Assembly: GCA_015152455.1 (NCBI GenBank)
Contig: SUTY01000001.1
Location: 5,807 to 69,806, forward strand
Direction of reading: 5' to 3'
Length of the DNA stretch: 64,000 bases
DNA from: Cyanobacteria bacterium SIG32
Lineage (GTDB): Bacteria; Cyanobacteriota; Vampirovibrionia; Gastranaerophilales; Gastranaerophilaceae
This document shows, in pieces, positions 1 to 10,029 of the stretch; the stretch's first letter is position 1; every line of letters starts with the position of its first letter. The translations under genes were made by a program, and so were the position numbers. The notes below the pieces were generated by a model. That model was not told where the DNA came from. It made no database searches and worked only from the letters and a program-made list of their open reading frames with translations.

Positions 1-162
1 CCTCAGACCTTTCTTTGTAGCTTCGATTTCAGCATTGTTTTTGCGGATATTTTCTTCTGCGATAAAAACAGCTTGTTGTGCTTTTTGTACTACCAATAAC
101 TGTTCTTCTTTTTTACGAATTCTGAAATCTAATACTTTTTGTAAACGGTATCTGAATGGCAT
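1..162 (-). CDS. FliJ-like flagellar export protein, N-terminal 54 codons only (gene runs off the left edge)
   Basis: Own translation from ATG at 160-162 (minus): MPFRYRLQKVLDFRIRKKEEQLLVVQKAQQAVFIAEENIRKNNAEIEATKKGLR. The F-R-Y-R-L-Q-K-V-L-D-x-R start and charged coiled-coil character resemble FliJ N-termini. It is truncated, so it is absent from the ORF track. Confidence 0.4.
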   Translation of the reverse strand, partial: MPFRYRLQKVLDFRIRKKEEQLLVVQKAQQAVFIAEENIRKNNAEIEATKKGLR

Positions 163-261
163 ACTACACCTTCTTAACATGCATTATGAATGATTAAGTG
201 TGTATTATAAACATCTGTTTGTATGAGATTTAATGATTTTTATTAAAAAGTCAATAGTTTT

Positions 262-849
262 TTAGTCTAAAATTTGTACTCTAGAACCTGAACCAATGCT
301 TTGATTATGTATATCCCAGCCTCGATTTGTAAAGTTTGCACGCTGAAAATCATTAGTTGGATAATTCAAATTGGGCATGTTTATTTGTGGGGTCATGCCT
401 GTAGGATAACCCATGTAGCCCATGTTAAAGAAGTTACCCAATGGTCCGACAATATTTTTCCACGAATTACCTGTTGAAGTTGTACAATATGGAGAATAGT
501 CGGTTTCGTACGATTGAGAAATATATTTGGGGACTGCCTTTTGTAAAACTAAATATCGATTATTAATATTTCCACTCTGAATTGTTCCAAAAATCTGTTC
601 TTCAAGTTTTGCAATTCTGTTTTCAGGTGAGTCATCTTCGTATGTTCTGCCAAAAACTTTACGTTCAAGTTTGTTTAATTTCGTAAATTTAGGCGTTTGT
701 TCTTTGTGGAAACGTTGATATTTAGGTGTTGTCATTGGTACAATTGGTGCTTGAAGCGGTGGAAATCCATCTTTTGCATAATCAATTGTTTGGGCTTGTA
801 ATGATGTAATGCTTAAAAATAGACAAAGTGTTAAATAAATTTTTTTCAT
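262..849 (-). CDS. secreted hypothetical protein (Sec signal peptide)
   Basis: ORF 262..864; the likely start is MKKIYLTLCLFLSITSLQAQT at 849. The C-terminal part is rich in Asn/Pro/aromatic residues. No recognisable domain. Confidence 0.55.
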   Translation of the reverse strand: MKKIYLTLCLFLSITSLQAQTIDYAKDGFPPLQAPIVPMTTPKYQRFHKEQTPKFTKLNKLERKVFGRTYEDDSPENRIAKLEEQIFGTIQSGNINNRYLVLQKAVPKYISQSYETDYSPYCTTSTGNSWKNIVGPLGNFFNMGYMGYPTGMTPQINMPNLNYPTNDFQRANFTNRGWDIHNQSIGSGSRVQILD

Positions 850-964
850 GTTCGTAATCCTCAAAACTGTTTTTGTAGAATAAGTTGTTTTAAAAAATTA
901 ATCATTGTGCAATTGGCTAAATTTAAGACTAGCCAGTTGTGAAAAAATGTGTTAAAATTAATGT

Positions 965-2872
965 ATGAAGAAACAAGTAATTGCATATCTGCATACACAT
1001 TGGGATAGGGAATGGTACAGAGAATACGAAGTTTTTCGCCTAAGGCTGGTTCGTGTTTTTGACAATGTTTTGGAATTACTTAAAAAAGGTAAAATTCCTT
1101 GTTTTTATTTTGATGGACAAGTAGCAGCTTTGCTTGATTACTTGGAATTAAGACCCCAAAAAGAAAAACTTGTCAGAAAGCTGATAAAGGATAAAAAACT
1201 TTTTATAGGCCCATTTTATTGTTTGGTTGATGAATTTTTGACTGATAAAATTTGTTTTCGTAAAAATTTAGAAATAGGTTTAAAAATAGCGAAAGATTTT
1301 GGCTGCGAAGATTTTGTGGGATATTTGGCGGATACTTTTGGACACAGTAAAAATGTGCCAATTGTTTTAAAAGAATTCGGTATAAATAAAGCTATGGTTT
1401 GGCGTGGTGTTGGAGATTTACCTTCAGAGTTTATTTTCAACGGTGTTAATACCGTTAATCTTATTCGTGGTTATTTTATGGATATTTTTTCTGCGAATAT
1501 TTCAATTGAAGAAAAGGCTGGTTGGTTGCAACGAGATTTAGATTTGATTGCAGAAAAATCATCAAGATATTTATTATTGCCAATTGGTGCAGATCATTTG
1601 GGTGTTGAATGTGATATTGCAGAACAAATAAAACAAGTTAATGCTATTTTGACAGATTATGAATTAATTTTAGGCTCGCCTTTTGATTATTTTGAAAAAG
1701 TTAAATTTAAAACAAAATGGAATGATGAATTGCGTGACAATTCAAAAACCTTTATTTTACAGGGGGCGTATTCTGCAAGAACTAAATTAAAGCAAATGAA
1801 TGTTAAATGTTCATACTTACTCGAACAGGCTGATAAGTTGCAGAAAAAATATGGTTCTGAATACGACATAGTAATTGAGTATGCGTATAAAATGTTATTG
1901 CAAAATCAGGCACACGACAGTATTTGTGGTTGTTCAACAGATTTAGTGCATCAGGAAAATATGATTCGCTATGAAAAAATTCTTCAAATAGCAAATACAA
2001 TTATTGAAGAATTACGTTTGAAATATAATTTTGAAACTCCGATTGTTAAGAGTGCAAAAATTCTTGAAGGCTATGATGTAATTAAAACAGAACCAGGATT
2101 TGAAAATTCATTATTGTATGATACTCAAAAAATTCCTGTTACAGAAGATCTTAAAACAATTTATACACTAAAGAAAAAGTCAAAGGAAAAAACTGATTTA
2201 CGTCTTGAATTAAAAGACGGTAGGTTATTTTTAGGAGATATTGAAATAACATTCACTCGTCGTATAGATGAGGGTGATACCTATAATTTTGGCGCTGTTA
2301 GTACGGATTATGGAGAAAAAGCTGAAATTATTTCAATTGAAAATTATGTAATTAAAACAACATTCTTTGATGTTAAATTTTATAGAACTGAAAATCTCAT
2401 AAATTTTATAATAGAATGGGATAATAATTTGAAAAATAAACTGTGGCAGGTTAATTTTATTCTGCCTCAGAAAATTTCTCAAACGCATTCTGAAGATATG
2501 AATTCATTAATAAAACGTGAATTTGATCCTGATTATAATATGAGGGAACATTTACCGAAAAAACGTGGAATAGAAGTTAAAACTAATTTTGCACCAATGC
2601 AAAGACTTGTTTGGGCGCAAGGTTTTGGTGTTGTAACAAAAGGTTTGACAGAGTATGAAGTATTTCAAAACCGCTTGTCTGTTACCTTGTTACGTAGTGT
2701 TGAAATTATATCAAATCCTCAAAATCCATCTCGTTCCACTCCTGCAGGTCCGCCTTTATTAACCCCTGAAGCCCAACAATTAGGGCAAAATGTCGCAGAA
2801 TTCTCTGTCGGACTGTTTAAAAAAGAAAAATATTCAAAAGTTATAGAAGAAGTTTTTCCGTCTTATTTATAA
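965..2872 (+). CDS. glycoside hydrolase family 38-like protein (alpha-mannosidase / mannosylglycerate hydrolase type)
   Basis: N-terminal YLHTHWDREWY motif and a DTFGH motif typical of the GH38 catalytic domain; 635 aa. Confidence 0.7.
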   Translation: MKKQVIAYLHTHWDREWYREYEVFRLRLVRVFDNVLELLKKGKIPCFYFDGQVAALLDYLELRPQKEKLVRKLIKDKKLFIGPFYCLVDEFLTDKICFRKNLEIGLKIAKDFGCEDFVGYLADTFGHSKNVPIVLKEFGINKAMVWRGVGDLPSEFIFNGVNTVNLIRGYFMDIFSANISIEEKAGWLQRDLDLIAEKSSRYLLLPIGADHLGVECDIAEQIKQVNAILTDYELILGSPFDYFEKVKFKTKWNDELRDNSKTFILQGAYSARTKLKQMNVKCSYLLEQADKLQKKYGSEYDIVIEYAYKMLLQNQAHDSICGCSTDLVHQENMIRYEKILQIANTIIEELRLKYNFETPIVKSAKILEGYDVIKTEPGFENSLLYDTQKIPVTEDLKTIYTLKKKSKEKTDLRLELKDGRLFLGDIEITFTRRIDEGDTYNFGAVSTDYGEKAEIISIENYVIKTTFFDVKFYRTENLINFIIEWDNNLKNKLWQVNFILPQKISQTHSEDMNSLIKREFDPDYNMREHLPKKRGIEVKTNFAPMQRLVWAQGFGVVTKGLTEYEVFQNRLSVTLLRSVEIISNPQNPSRSTPAGPPLLTPEAQQLGQNVAEFSVGLFKKEKYSKVIEEVFPSYL

Positions 2873-2904
2873 TAAAATTCGTTTATTAAGAAATGTAACA
2901 AGTT

Positions 2905-2933
2905 TTGGAGTATATAGCAATTATATACTCCAA
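2905..2933. other. 12-bp perfect hairpin just after the GH38 stop (TTGGAGTATATA-GCAAT-TATATACTCCAA), no clear U-tract
   Basis: Inverted repeat read directly. It lacks a T-run on either strand, so terminator function is uncertain. Confidence 0.35.
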
Positions 2934-2939
2934 AAATAC

Positions 2940-3103
2940 TTTATTAATATGTAAGCGATACGCAAACAATAAAAAAGATTTTAATAAACACGAGATACAT
3001 AACACACACTACTATTTACACTACCTACTACACACTAACCTTCTACACACGAGGAATTACGTAAAAGAATTCCAAACTCTATCGAAAGATAGGGTTTTTT
3101 TTT
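2940..3103 (+). ncRNA. candidate small RNA or leader: CA-rich unstructured segment, then hairpin GGAATT-N9-AATTCC, then an intrinsic terminator
   Basis: The sequence ACACACACTACTATTTACACTACCTACTACACACTAACCTTCTACACACGAGG is followed by two hairpins and T9. It lies between the GH38 hairpin and the glnA promoter region. The 5' end is not defined. Confidence 0.3.
3074..3103 (+). terminator. intrinsic terminator (10-bp stem, GAAA loop, T9)
   Basis: AAACTCTATC-GAAA-GATAGGGTTT followed by TTTTTT; read directly. Confidence 0.6.
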
Positions 3104-3190
3104 ATATAGAGGTAAAGATTTTTGGTAATATACTTGACCTTTTGTCAAAAAATTTATATCCTAGTAGTATAAAAAAGAAGTGAGGATGTT

Positions 3191-4555
3191 ATGACAGAAT
3201 TTAAGCATACTAGATTAGACAATAGACAGTTTACAAGAGAAGATATAAAAGGATTTATCCAAGAATATAATATCAAATTTATAAAACTTCAGTTTGTTGA
3301 TATTAATGGACAAGTTAAGAATTTAGCTATCCCATCAGAACATATTGACAAAGCGTTAGACAACGAAATGATGTTAGATGGATCATCAATTAAAGGTTTT
3401 AGAAGCATAGAAACTTCTGATATGTTTTTCCATCCGGATATCAATACATTCCAATTACTTCCTTGGAGAGGTAAGGAGGGAATAAATTCAGCTAGATTAA
3501 TCTGTGATATTTATAACGCTGATGGAACTCCGTTTGAAGGTTGTCCTAGATGTAACTTAAAAAGAGTTATGAAAGAAGCTGAAAAATATGGATTCTCAAT
3601 GAATGTAGGTCCAGAAGCTGAATTTTTCTTATTTGCAAAAGATGAAAACGGTAAAGCAATGCCTGTAACTCACGATAGAGCAGGTTATTATGATGTTGGT
3701 CCTGAAGATTTGGGTGAAGATGTCAGAAGTGATATCGTTTTAACACTTCAAGAAATGGGTTTTGATATTGAAGCATCTCATCACGAAGGCGCTGTTGGTC
3801 AACACGAAATCGATTTTAGATACACTGATATATTAACTGCAGCCGATAATGTAACTACATTTAGAATTGCAGTTAAAGCTATTGCGGCTCAGCATAATTT
3901 GCATGCTACATTTATGCCAAAACCTATTTATGGAATTAATGGTTCTGGTATGCACTGTAATGTTTCATTATTTAAAGACGGTAAAAATGCTTTTTATGAT
4001 GAAAATGCAGAATATCAATTGTCTGATGAAGCAAAATTTGCTATTGGTGGTATGTTAAAACACGTAAAATCAATTACTGCAATTACAAACCCAACCGTAA
4101 ACAGTTACAAACGTCTTGTTCCAGGGTATGAAGCTCCTGTTTATTTAGCTTGGTCATTAGCTAACAGAAGTGCTTTATTGAGAGTTCCTGCAAAACGAGG
4201 ATCTTCAACTCGTGTTGAATTGCGTTCTCCGGATCCGGCATGTAACCCATATTTGGCATTCGCTGCGATATTGGAGGCTTGTATGGATGGTATTAGGAAT
4301 AAAATTGATCCGCCAGCACCTGTTGAAAGTAATATTTATAAATTAACCAGTAAAGAACGCAAAAAACAAAGAATAGACGCGCTTCCAGGTAGTTTGTCAG
4401 AGGCTTTGGAACACTTGGACAGATCACTTGTTGCTCAAGCTGCGTTAGGTGAACATATCTTTAATGAATTTATGACATCTAAAAAGAAAGAATGGGATTC
4501 ATTCAGAACATATGTTTCTCAATGGGAAATTGATAAATATTTAGAAAGATATTAA
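3191..4555 (+). CDS. glnA: glutamine synthetase type I
   Basis: 454 aa with KFIKLQFVDINGQVK, NVGPEAEFF, GSGMHCN and NSYKRLVPGYEAP motifs; RBS GTGAGGA upstream. Confidence 0.95.
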   Translation: MTEFKHTRLDNRQFTREDIKGFIQEYNIKFIKLQFVDINGQVKNLAIPSEHIDKALDNEMMLDGSSIKGFRSIETSDMFFHPDINTFQLLPWRGKEGINSARLICDIYNADGTPFEGCPRCNLKRVMKEAEKYGFSMNVGPEAEFFLFAKDENGKAMPVTHDRAGYYDVGPEDLGEDVRSDIVLTLQEMGFDIEASHHEGAVGQHEIDFRYTDILTAADNVTTFRIAVKAIAAQHNLHATFMPKPIYGINGSGMHCNVSLFKDGKNAFYDENAEYQLSDEAKFAIGGMLKHVKSITAITNPTVNSYKRLVPGYEAPVYLAWSLANRSALLRVPAKRGSSTRVELRSPDPACNPYLAFAAILEACMDGIRNKIDPPAPVESNIYKLTSKERKKQRIDALPGSLSEALEHLDRSLVAQAALGEHIFNEFMTSKKKEWDSFRTYVSQWEIDKYLERY

Positions 4556-4560
4556 TAGCA

Positions 4561-4589
4561 AAAAGCCTCTATTAAAAGAGGCTTTTTTA
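4561..4589. terminator. bidirectional intrinsic terminator between convergent glnA and the DUF512 gene
   Basis: AAAAGCCTCT-ATTAAA-AGAGGCTTTTTT. Confidence 0.7.
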
Positions 4590-5855
4590 TTGGAAAGTTT
4601 TTATATAATTAACAAGTTCTTCCATTGAATATATATTTTGAACTACAAAAAATTCTTTGTCTGTTTCTTTTTTGACGTAATCCAAATTCTTGCCATCTAA
4701 AAAGTCTTCTGTATATGGTCTGAGCATAATTGATGGAATAACAACAAAATCTACGTCTAAATCTTTAACTGTTTTTATTAAATCGTCAGTTGTTATAAGC
4801 CCTGCAACAGTTATATCTTTGCCCCAATAATCTGATTTTACAGGATTTACTGAACATTCAAGATTTTCTATTTTATTTAATTCTTTTGAAATATATGAAA
4901 GCGCATCTTTTGCTGCATATGATGCTGCAAAAGAAAATTTAATTGGCTTTTTAAGTTTCTTAGGCAATTTGTGTCGTTTAAAATCTTCTAATAATAATCT
5001 TATTGCCCCAACACCATCATCAAGTTGTGAAAAACTTCCGTAATATTTAGCTGGTGGAATTTCTTTTTCAGCAAGCAAAAAGAATTCATCAGAACAACAA
5101 ACTCTTTTGTATTTTGATGCGATTTCAATAGTTTCTTGAGCGCATTTTTTATCAACTTGTTTTAAGCAGTCTTTTCTAAATTGAGTTATTCCGACAGGAA
5201 CTATCGCAACTGAAAGAACTGTATTTTTTAATTCTGCTAAATCGGACAAAGTTCTTTCCAGTTCTTTTCCGTCATTCAATCCAGGACATAAAACAATCTG
5301 TGCGTGGAACGGTATATTATTTTTTCTGAACCATTTTAAGTTTTCTAATGCTTTTCCAGCGTTTGGATTTCTAAGCATTTTATTTCTTAAATCAGGATTT
5401 GTGGTGTGGACTGAAACATAAAATGGCCCAAGATGCATTTTTTTGATGCGTTCTCTGTCTTTATCTGTAAAATTTGTTAGAGTGATATAAGTACCTTGAA
5501 GATAAGATAGTCTATAATCATCATCTTTTATGTATAAAGTATCTCTTAAGCCTTTTGGTTGTTGGTCAACAAAACAGAATATACAATGATTTAGGCAAGG
5601 TTTAACTCTGTCGAATACAGCACTTTCAAATACAATACCCAATTCTTCATCATAATCTTTTTCGATTTCGATAACTTCGATTTCACCGTTTTTCTTTTTG
5701 ATTTCTAAAGTTAGAAGTTCGGATTTGCAATAAAAATTGTAATCAATCATATCTGACATTTTATTTTCGTCGATTGATAAAATTTCATCACCGGCTTCTA
5801 TTTCTAATTCTTCAGCTATTGAATTTTCTAATACACTATTTACGATTGCCGGCAT
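4587..5855 (-). CDS. PDZ + radical SAM + DUF512 family protein
   Basis: N-terminal PDZ-like IEAGDEILSID, a CLNHCIFC (CX3CX2C) cluster motif, 422 aa. Confidence 0.7.
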   Translation of the reverse strand: MPAIVNSVLENSIAEELEIEAGDEILSIDENKMSDMIDYNFYCKSELLTLEIKKKNGEIEVIEIEKDYDEELGIVFESAVFDRVKPCLNHCIFCFVDQQPKGLRDTLYIKDDDYRLSYLQGTYITLTNFTDKDRERIKKMHLGPFYVSVHTTNPDLRNKMLRNPNAGKALENLKWFRKNNIPFHAQIVLCPGLNDGKELERTLSDLAELKNTVLSVAIVPVGITQFRKDCLKQVDKKCAQETIEIASKYKRVCCSDEFFLLAEKEIPPAKYYGSFSQLDDGVGAIRLLLEDFKRHKLPKKLKKPIKFSFAASYAAKDALSYISKELNKIENLECSVNPVKSDYWGKDITVAGLITTDDLIKTVKDLDVDFVVIPSIMLRPYTEDFLDGKNLDYVKKETDKEFFVVQNIYSMEELVNYIKTFQ

Positions 5856-6363
5856 TTTCTTTTTCCAAACCTTCCAAAATCGTTATAAAATTTGAATATT
5901 CGCAAATTGCATTATCCAAGATTATTCTTTGATAAAAACTTAATTGATTGTATTCGTTGTTAATTATGTTTTCGGCGTTGTATTTGTGTTGCATAGCCAT
6001 AGATTTGATGTGGAAAAATAATTCGGCACATTCTTCATTTGATAAATAAGAAGCACAAGAAAGTTTTACTCTGGCGTTAGACAAAAATTGCAACGGATTT
6101 TCGCTTAAATTTTCCAAAATAAGTTTGCGAAGTTCTTCTAATCCTGTTTTCGTGATTGAATAATATACTGAAAGTTTTCCACCGTCGGACATCATTTTAC
6201 GAGTTGTCAAACAACCGTTTTTTTCTAATCGAACAAGGGCAGGTTTTATTGCTCCAAAGCTAGGGCGAGAATACGCACCAAAATTTTCTTCAATGTTTTT
6301 GTGGATAGAATACATTGTGAGTTCGCGTTTAGCTAACAAGAATAAAATCATTAATTCAATCAT
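5836..6363 (-). CDS. PadR-family transcriptional regulator
   Basis: Start trimmed to MIELMILFLLAKRELTMYSIHK. It has a winged-helix PadR pattern and overlaps the downstream DUF512 gene by 20 nt. Confidence 0.65.
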   Translation of the reverse strand: MIELMILFLLAKRELTMYSIHKNIEENFGAYSRPSFGAIKPALVRLEKNGCLTTRKMMSDGGKLSVYYSITKTGLEELRKLILENLSENPLQFLSNARVKLSCASYLSNEECAELFFHIKSMAMQHKYNAENIINNEYNQLSFYQRIILDNAICEYSNFITILEGLEKENAGNRK

Positions 6364-6449
6364 AAGTGGATTATAACATAAATCACGTTTAAAAGTAAAA
6401 TACGGTAAATGTATTATGGTATTTATTTTGTTTATTGTATAATTAAAGA

Positions 6450-7961
6450 ATGAATTTAGACAGTCTAATTGATAGCTTGCTATCACCTATAGCCGATAAA
6501 ATATCAGGGATTATATTTTACTCCGTTACGATTAATGGAGTTGAAGTGCAATTATTGGTCGCATTGCTTATGATTGCAGCTTTTTATTTTACTTTCCGTA
6601 TGAGGTTTATTGGCGTTTGGGGCTTTAAACACGGCTTAAATTTAATTTTAAATAAATATAAACACGAAGATACTATAAAACGTAAGAAAAAAGGAGAGGT
6701 TTCTTCATTCCAGGCTTTGACTGCAACAATTTCAGCATCAGCCGGAATTGGTAACGTTGCAGGTTCTGCTGCTGCAGTTTCAATTGGAGGGCCAGGGGTA
6801 ATTTTTTGGATGGTTATAGCTGGATTTTTCTCAATGGCTCTTAAATTTGCAGAAGTCGTTTTAGGTATAAAATTTAGAAAAGTAAATGAAGATGGTACTG
6901 TTGCAGGCGGACCTATGTATTATATTTTAGGTGGGTTAAAAGCTCCTTGGATAAAACCTTTTACTCCATATTTATCTAAAATATATGCAGTATGTTGTAT
7001 TTTTGCTATGATTGGCGGTTGGAACTTGTTCCAAATTAATGCTATGACGGCTCAAATAACAGAAGTTACAGGTGGAGAAAGCAGTTTTTTTGCTGGTCAA
7101 AGTTGGTTAGTCGGTTTGATTGTCGCAATTATTACTTATGTAACTATTATTGGTGGAATTAAAGCTATCGGTAAATTTACTTCTAAAGTTACACCTGTTA
7201 TGTGTACTTTATATGTATTTTCAGCTTTTGTAATTTGTTTGATGCACATTACAGAAGTACCTCATACAATTGCGTTAATAATAAGAGAAGCGTTTAAACC
7301 TCAAGCATTAACAGGTGGTATGTTTGCTTGTATGTTATGGGGATTCAGACGTGCAATGTTTGCAAATGAGGCTGGACTTGGTACTGCTCCAATTGCATTT
7401 TCTGCAGTTAAAACAAGTAAACCTGTAGCGCAGGCTTTTATCGCAATGTTGCAACCGTTTGTTGATACAGTAATTGTAGGCTCAGCGACTGCTTTTGTTA
7501 TTGTAGTTTCTGGTGTTTATCAGCAATCAAACGGACTTGCTGGTATTGAATTAACATCAAAAGCGTTTGAAAGTGTTTGTCCGTTCTTTCCAATACTTTT
7601 AACGTTTATGGCTAGTTGTTTTGTTTTATCAACCATGCTTTGTGGGTCTTATTATGGTATTAAAAGCTGGAATTTCTTGTTTGGCGACTCAAAATGGACA
7701 ACAAGAACCTTCCAGATTATATATTGTTCATTCATAATTATTGGTTCAGCAATGAATTTTAAAAGTATAATTAATCTATCTGATGCATTTACTTTATTCT
7801 TGGCTGTGCCAAACTTAATAGCAGTGTTCCTACTTTCAAATGTAATTATGAAGGAATTGAAACGTTATTGCAAAAAATATAATATTGGATTAATATTTAA
7901 CAATAAAGAGGAGAGAGAAAAAGATGATGAAAAAAGAATGCCTAAACATTGTAGAGTCTAA
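6450..7961 (+). CDS. sodium:alanine (amino acid) symporter, AGCS family
   Basis: 503 aa polytopic membrane protein with GPGVIFWMVIAGFFSMALKFAE and ANEAGLGTAPIA motifs. Confidence 0.85.
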   Translation: MNLDSLIDSLLSPIADKISGIIFYSVTINGVEVQLLVALLMIAAFYFTFRMRFIGVWGFKHGLNLILNKYKHEDTIKRKKKGEVSSFQALTATISASAGIGNVAGSAAAVSIGGPGVIFWMVIAGFFSMALKFAEVVLGIKFRKVNEDGTVAGGPMYYILGGLKAPWIKPFTPYLSKIYAVCCIFAMIGGWNLFQINAMTAQITEVTGGESSFFAGQSWLVGLIVAIITYVTIIGGIKAIGKFTSKVTPVMCTLYVFSAFVICLMHITEVPHTIALIIREAFKPQALTGGMFACMLWGFRRAMFANEAGLGTAPIAFSAVKTSKPVAQAFIAMLQPFVDTVIVGSATAFVIVVSGVYQQSNGLAGIELTSKAFESVCPFFPILLTFMASCFVLSTMLCGSYYGIKSWNFLFGDSKWTTRTFQIIYCSFIIIGSAMNFKSIINLSDAFTLFLAVPNLIAVFLLSNVIMKELKRYCKKYNIGLIFNNKEEREKDDEKRMPKHCRV

Positions 7962-8556
7962 ATGCAGAAGTTGCAAAGGCTGTGCACTAGCAAAAACCCG
8001 TAACAATGTTGTATTTTCAGACGGTAATCCTGAAACTGCAAGTATTGTATTAATTGGTGAAGCCCCTGGTGAAATGGAAGATTTGTCAGGTACACCGTTT
8101 GTAGGTCGAGCAGGTCAATTGTTAGATGAGTTTTTAGTAGAAGCTGGAATTTCAAGACAAGATGATTTGTATATTATCAATACTGTAAAATGCAGACCAC
8201 CTGAAAACAGAGTTCCTTTTGATGAAGAAAAATCTGCATGCGAAAAATTCTTACATGCTCAAATTGATATTATGAATCCAAAAGCAATTTTGTTCTGTGG
8301 TGCAACTGCTTTGAAATCATTCTGGGCAGATCCAAAAGTTCAAATTTCAAAAATTCGTGGAAACTGGTTTAATGTAGCTATCAATAACAAAGAATATAGA
8401 GCAATGGCTATTTTCCACCCATCATATTTATTGAGAAATCACTCAATGGAAGAAGGTTCTCCAAGAAGATTGATGCAACAAGACTTGGCTGAAATTAAAA
8501 GAACAGTTTTAGTTGATAATGTTCCATTTGAATCTAGAGAATTTGCAATGGTGTAA
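7924..8556 (+). CDS. uracil-DNA glycosylase family 4
   Basis: CxxC Fe-S Cys pair; GEAPGEMEDLSGTPFVGRAGQLLD and HPSYLLRN motifs; RBS GGAGAG. Confidence 0.85.
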   Translation: MMKKECLNIVESKCRSCKGCALAKTRNNVVFSDGNPETASIVLIGEAPGEMEDLSGTPFVGRAGQLLDEFLVEAGISRQDDLYIINTVKCRPPENRVPFDEEKSACEKFLHAQIDIMNPKAILFCGATALKSFWADPKVQISKIRGNWFNVAINNKEYRAMAIFHPSYLLRNHSMEEGSPRRLMQQDLAEIKRTVLVDNVPFESREFAMV

Positions 8557-8565
8557 TTTAAAAAA

Positions 8566-8598
8566 ATAAAAAATCCCACTTCGGTGGGATTTTTTTTG
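8566..8598. terminator. bidirectional intrinsic terminator
   Basis: AAAAATCCCAC-TTCG-GTGGGATTTTTTTT. Confidence 0.75.
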
Positions 8599-8606
8599 TT
8601 CATAAG

Positions 8607-9986
8607 TTATGCGGCTTTGTTTTTTTTAGCCTTAGAGTTGTCAACCAAACCTGGATCTAGTTTTGATCCTGTAAACCATTCTCTGAACAAGAATTGAGCT
8701 TTTGGTAAGCAATATGCTAGTAAGAAACTACTTAATGCAATATTCGCTAAAATGGTAACAGAACGTAATCCAAGTGATTTTTTAGCATATTTAGCTACAT
8801 TGCCACTATTTTTAGCTTTTTTAGCAAAACTTTCAACTTGTTTTCTAAACTTGCCAAGATCTTCAACATCTACATATGCTCTAGGATCACGAATATTTAA
8901 TTCTTTTCCGTTTTTATCTTTTAAGAAAACAATTTTGCCAGCTTTCTTAGCTGCTTGTGTGAATGTTGAATTAGGTTTACTATCAATAAATGTTAACAAA
9001 TCACTAGCTGAATCTGATTTAGGTAAATCTAGGTGATCGTATTTTATTGATGCTAAAAATCTTTTATCTACAAGCATTTTAGGATCCAAGCTAACATCAG
9101 TAATTAAATTAAGCCCTTTTTCTATCCATTGAGGTGCGATATAATTCAAGAACATCATGCCAGCCATTTTAATACCAATATCAGCTGCTTCATTTTTATT
9201 ACGTGCGGTTGATATTCTTCCTGCAGCATAACCACCGTCAGTAACAGCCATTTTTTGAACTGTTGTTAAGCCTGTCAAAAATGAAGTTAATCCACCCTGG
9301 AAAGAAGTCAAATTTTGATTTCCTCTTACAAATTGGTCAAAAGATTTTGTAGAGCTGGAACCAAAATTTGTATTAAGTTTTGCAAGTTCGCTTTCTTTTC
9401 TGTATGCTTCCATTTTCTTTTTCGCTGAAGATGCAAAAATGAGCTTAGGAATTACCCAGCCCATTAAAGCAATTGGTAAAACAACAGATGCAATGAATTT
9501 TGTGTTCATTAAACCGTTGAATAATTTTTTGTTATTTTTGACATTAATCATGTCTTTAACAGCTTCTTCTGCGCCAGTAACATTTTTGAATTTTTGGATG
9601 TTATATTCAAATCCTTGGACTATTTCAGGTTTTTTAGCTCGAAGTCCTTTGTTTCTTCTAGCTTCAAAAGTTGCTAAATTTTTGTTGTAATTGTCATCTT
9701 CAGCAAACAATTTCAAGTTAACATCAGCGTTTAGACCTTTAACCTTTCTCATCAATGCGCCGCCAGCTTTGTCGATTAAAGGTATAGTCCCAAGCCAAAC
9801 TCCTGATACGGAATATTCATCTAATATACGCTCTCTTGTTGCTAACCATGCTATTTTTTTATCTTCTTTGTTTTGATTATAAGTCATGGCAACTTTGACA
9901 GGGTTTTCAATACCACAATCCCTGACTAATAATGGATAAATGCTTTTGTTGTTGCCTATGGCTGATATAATGTTTACGAATGTCAT
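8607..9986 (-). CDS. hypothetical membrane-associated protein (459 aa)
   Basis: Long ORF with hydrophobic segments (FIASVVLPIALMGWVIPKLIF, VTILANIALSSFLLAYCL). No recognised domain. Preceded by the leader described below. Confidence 0.6.
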   Translation of the reverse strand: MTFVNIISAIGNNKSIYPLLVRDCGIENPVKVAMTYNQNKEDKKIAWLATRERILDEYSVSGVWLGTIPLIDKAGGALMRKVKGLNADVNLKLFAEDDNYNKNLATFEARRNKGLRAKKPEIVQGFEYNIQKFKNVTGAEEAVKDMINVKNNKKLFNGLMNTKFIASVVLPIALMGWVIPKLIFASSAKKKMEAYRKESELAKLNTNFGSSSTKSFDQFVRGNQNLTSFQGGLTSFLTGLTTVQKMAVTDGGYAAGRISTARNKNEAADIGIKMAGMMFLNYIAPQWIEKGLNLITDVSLDPKMLVDKRFLASIKYDHLDLPKSDSASDLLTFIDSKPNSTFTQAAKKAGKIVFLKDKNGKELNIRDPRAYVDVEDLGKFRKQVESFAKKAKNSGNVAKYAKKSLGLRSVTILANIALSSFLLAYCLPKAQFLFREWFTGSKLDPGLVDNSKAKKNKAA

Positions 9987-10029
9987 AATTAATTTTCTCC
10001 AATCCTTATCTAATAGCTTCTACAATGTT

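Noticed and set aside
2905-3183. 92-aa track ORF between the GH38 gene and glnA
   Set aside because: It has no RBS and a low-complexity His/Tyr/Leu/Asn composition from CA-rich DNA. It also runs through two hairpins and an intrinsic terminator. It is better explained as non-coding RNA or intergenic sequence.
3040-3190. Glutamine riboswitch (glnA RNA motif) or TnrA/GlnR/NtcA operator upstream of glnA
   Set aside because: I could not find the conserved riboswitch core or a GTA-N8-TAC / TGTNA-N7-TNACA site. Only a TTGAC-N5-GTCAA palindrome at the putative -35 is present, which is not enough for a call.
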